Below, piece after piece: positions 62,158-64,000 of a stretch of 64,000 nt of DNA (position 1 is its first letter; each line of letters starts with the position of its first letter). A model generated the notes under the pieces. That model worked only from the letters and a program-made list of their open reading frames with translations. It was not told where the DNA came from and made no database searches. Source of the stretch: Octopus vulgaris (taxonomy: Eukaryota); the NCBI GenBank assembly GCA_951406725.2, contig OX597815.1, forward strand, positions 174,840,001 to 174,904,000, given 5' to 3'. Position numbers and translations under genes: made by a program.

Positions 62158-62859
62158 AGAAATTAAAAAAGGAAAATACGCACACTTACATGGTTATAAT
62201 ATAATTTTTAATGTATCGACCGGTTTCGCAATCGCTATTCATGATATAATGTTTAATTTATATGAATATATATATTTTTTCTTAAGAAGAAATTTGGTTG
62301 ATGTTGTTTGTAATGAAATTCACGAGTGAATGATTTTACAAGTTGACAAGTAAAGGGAGGTAATTGGTTGTTATTATTGTTATTGTTGTGTGTAAGATAG
62401 ATGACTGTTTAGGTTTTGGGTGGGGAATAAATATGTGTACAGAAAGGAGACAGGTTTAAAAAAAGGGGACCTTGTTTAGTAGGGGATTTATGTACAATGA
62501 TGTAATATGTAAAAATATAAAAGTTGGTTATGCATGCATATTAAGACGTGTTTTGTATTTTTCAATGAAAAAAGTTTCTTTATTTAAGCGTTCTAGTTGA
62601 GAGATTGTGTCTTTGCACTGGTAGAAAGGGAAGACTGTAAAATTTGGTTTGATGTTACCTGCTCATTTTTCTGTGTTCACAAAGAGGAATTTGTCTGTAT
62701 TGCAGGAAACGGATTTGCTCCTTATGCAGAGTGATTATCTTCCTCAAAATTAAACTCGTTTGTCCAATGTACTGATGACTGCAACCCGAGCAGGTTATTA
62801 CATAAATTAGGTTCTCAGAGGCACAGGTGAAACTAGTTTTAATTGTGAACCTCTGTCCT
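62155..62859 (-). mobile_element. Penelope-like retroelement 3' fragment (GIY-YIG endonuclease plus terminal region)
   Basis: - strand translation FTCASENLIYVITCSGCSHQYIGQT...H, frameshift, then ERLNKETFFIEKYKTRLN..* (stop 62528-62530). Flanked by (TA)n. Confidence 0.88.
62214..62246 (-). ncRNA. Variant minimal hammerhead ribozyme motif in the Penelope-like element
   Basis: - strand TATC ATGAATA GC GATT GC GAAA CCGG TC GATA: stem I TATC/GATA, palindromic ACCGGT stem III, GUC site, core A3/U8. Confidence 0.55.
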
Positions 62860-62869
62860 TGTATGTATG

Positions 62870-62900
<31 letters not shown>

Positions 62901-63062
62901 ATATGTATGTATATATGCGTGTGTCTTTATATATATATATGTATATATATTGGTGTATATATAAATAATATATATATATATACATGTATATATATATATG
63001 TGTATATTTATATATATATGGGTATATGTGTATGCATATTAGTATATATGTATATATATATA
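62860..63062. repeat. (TA)n/(TG)n microsatellite
   Basis: Directly visible. Confidence 0.9.
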
Positions 63063-63064
63063 TC

Positions 63065-63497
63065 AAATGGAAATTGTAGTTAAGACACCTGTGCAGGTGA
63101 CATGTAAAAAGCACCGTCCGATCGTGGCAGGTGCCAGTGCTGCCTGACTAGCGTCCGTGTTGGTGACATGTAAAAGTACCAACCGATCGTGGCCGCTTGC
63201 CAGCCTCATCCAGCCCCTGTGCCGGTGGCACGTAAAATACACCCACTACACTCACAGAGTGATTGGCGTTAGGAAGGGCATCAACCTGTAGAAACACTGC
63301 CAAACCAGACTGGAGCCTGGTGCAGCCTCCATGGCTTACCAGACCCCGGTCAAACCGCCCAATCCATGCTAACATGGTAAACGGATGTTAAATGATGATG
63401 ATGATGTATATATATATATATATGCATGTATATATATATGTATATATGTATATATATGTATATAAATATGTATATATGTATATATATGAATGTATGC

Positions 63498-63530
<33 letters not shown>

Positions 63531-64000
63531 ATGTATATCATCATCATTTAATGTCCGCTTTCCATGCTAGCATGGGTTGGATGATTTTGACTGAGGGCTG
63601 GCGAGCCAGATGGCTGCACCAGGCTCCAATCTTGATCTGGCAGAGTTTCTACAGCTTGATGCCCTTCCTAACGCCAACCATTCCGAAAGTGAAGGGGATG
63701 CTATTTACGTTCCACCAGCACTGGAGCCAGTCAGGCGTCACTGGCAACTACCTCGCTCAAATCGTTTTACATGTGCCAGTGAAGTGACATTGGTAATGAT
63801 CACGCTCGAATGGTTCTCTAGGCACCCTACTAGCACAGGCACAAGTGCCAGTAAGGCGATGTTGGTAATGATCATACTCGAATAGCCGCTCTGTCAACGA
63901 TTACACTCATATGGCGCTCTTTGCACCCCGCTTGCACGGATGCCAGTCATCAAATTTGATTTTGGTTTTGATTTCACTTGCCTCAACAGGTCTTTTCAAG
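63065..64000. mobile_element. Two RTE 3'-UTR-derived repeats in tail-to-tail inverted orientation separated by (TA)n
   Basis: 63065-63405 ends in (ATG)n on +; 63537-64000 begins with (CAT)n and is the opposite strand of the same family. Confidence 0.8.

Overview
AT-rich, repeat-dense animal genomic DNA. The SINE, RTE, MITE and microsatellite landscape looks like an octopus (coleoid cephalopod) genome; this is inference, not proof. Three protein-coding genes can be reconstructed. (1) A divergent 5-exon Tctex-1/DYNLT-family dynein light chain on + (1723-6169, 160 aa) that the ORF track does not recover. (2) An intronless CAAX prenyl protease 2 (RCE1) on - (18367-19239). (3) The 7-exon splicing factor SYF2 on + (43387-57311, 238 aa), head-to-head with an intact tRNA-Gly(GCC) gene (43024-43094, -). 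The rest is mostly decayed mobile DNA: CR1, Tx1/L1 and RTE LINEs, a Penelope-like GIY-YIG fragment, deleted mariners, piggyBac/hAT/Tc1-type MITEs, a non-autonomous Helitron, several SINE families and microsatellites. The most unusual signal is a set of minimal hammerhead-ribozyme motifs in four unrelated repeats. One is a tRNA-headed element forming an inverted pair in a SYF2 intron, and another has a compensatory A3-U8 core. Almost all short ORFs in the supplied track are artefacts of repeats. All structures were derived by eye; repeat boundaries are approximate.
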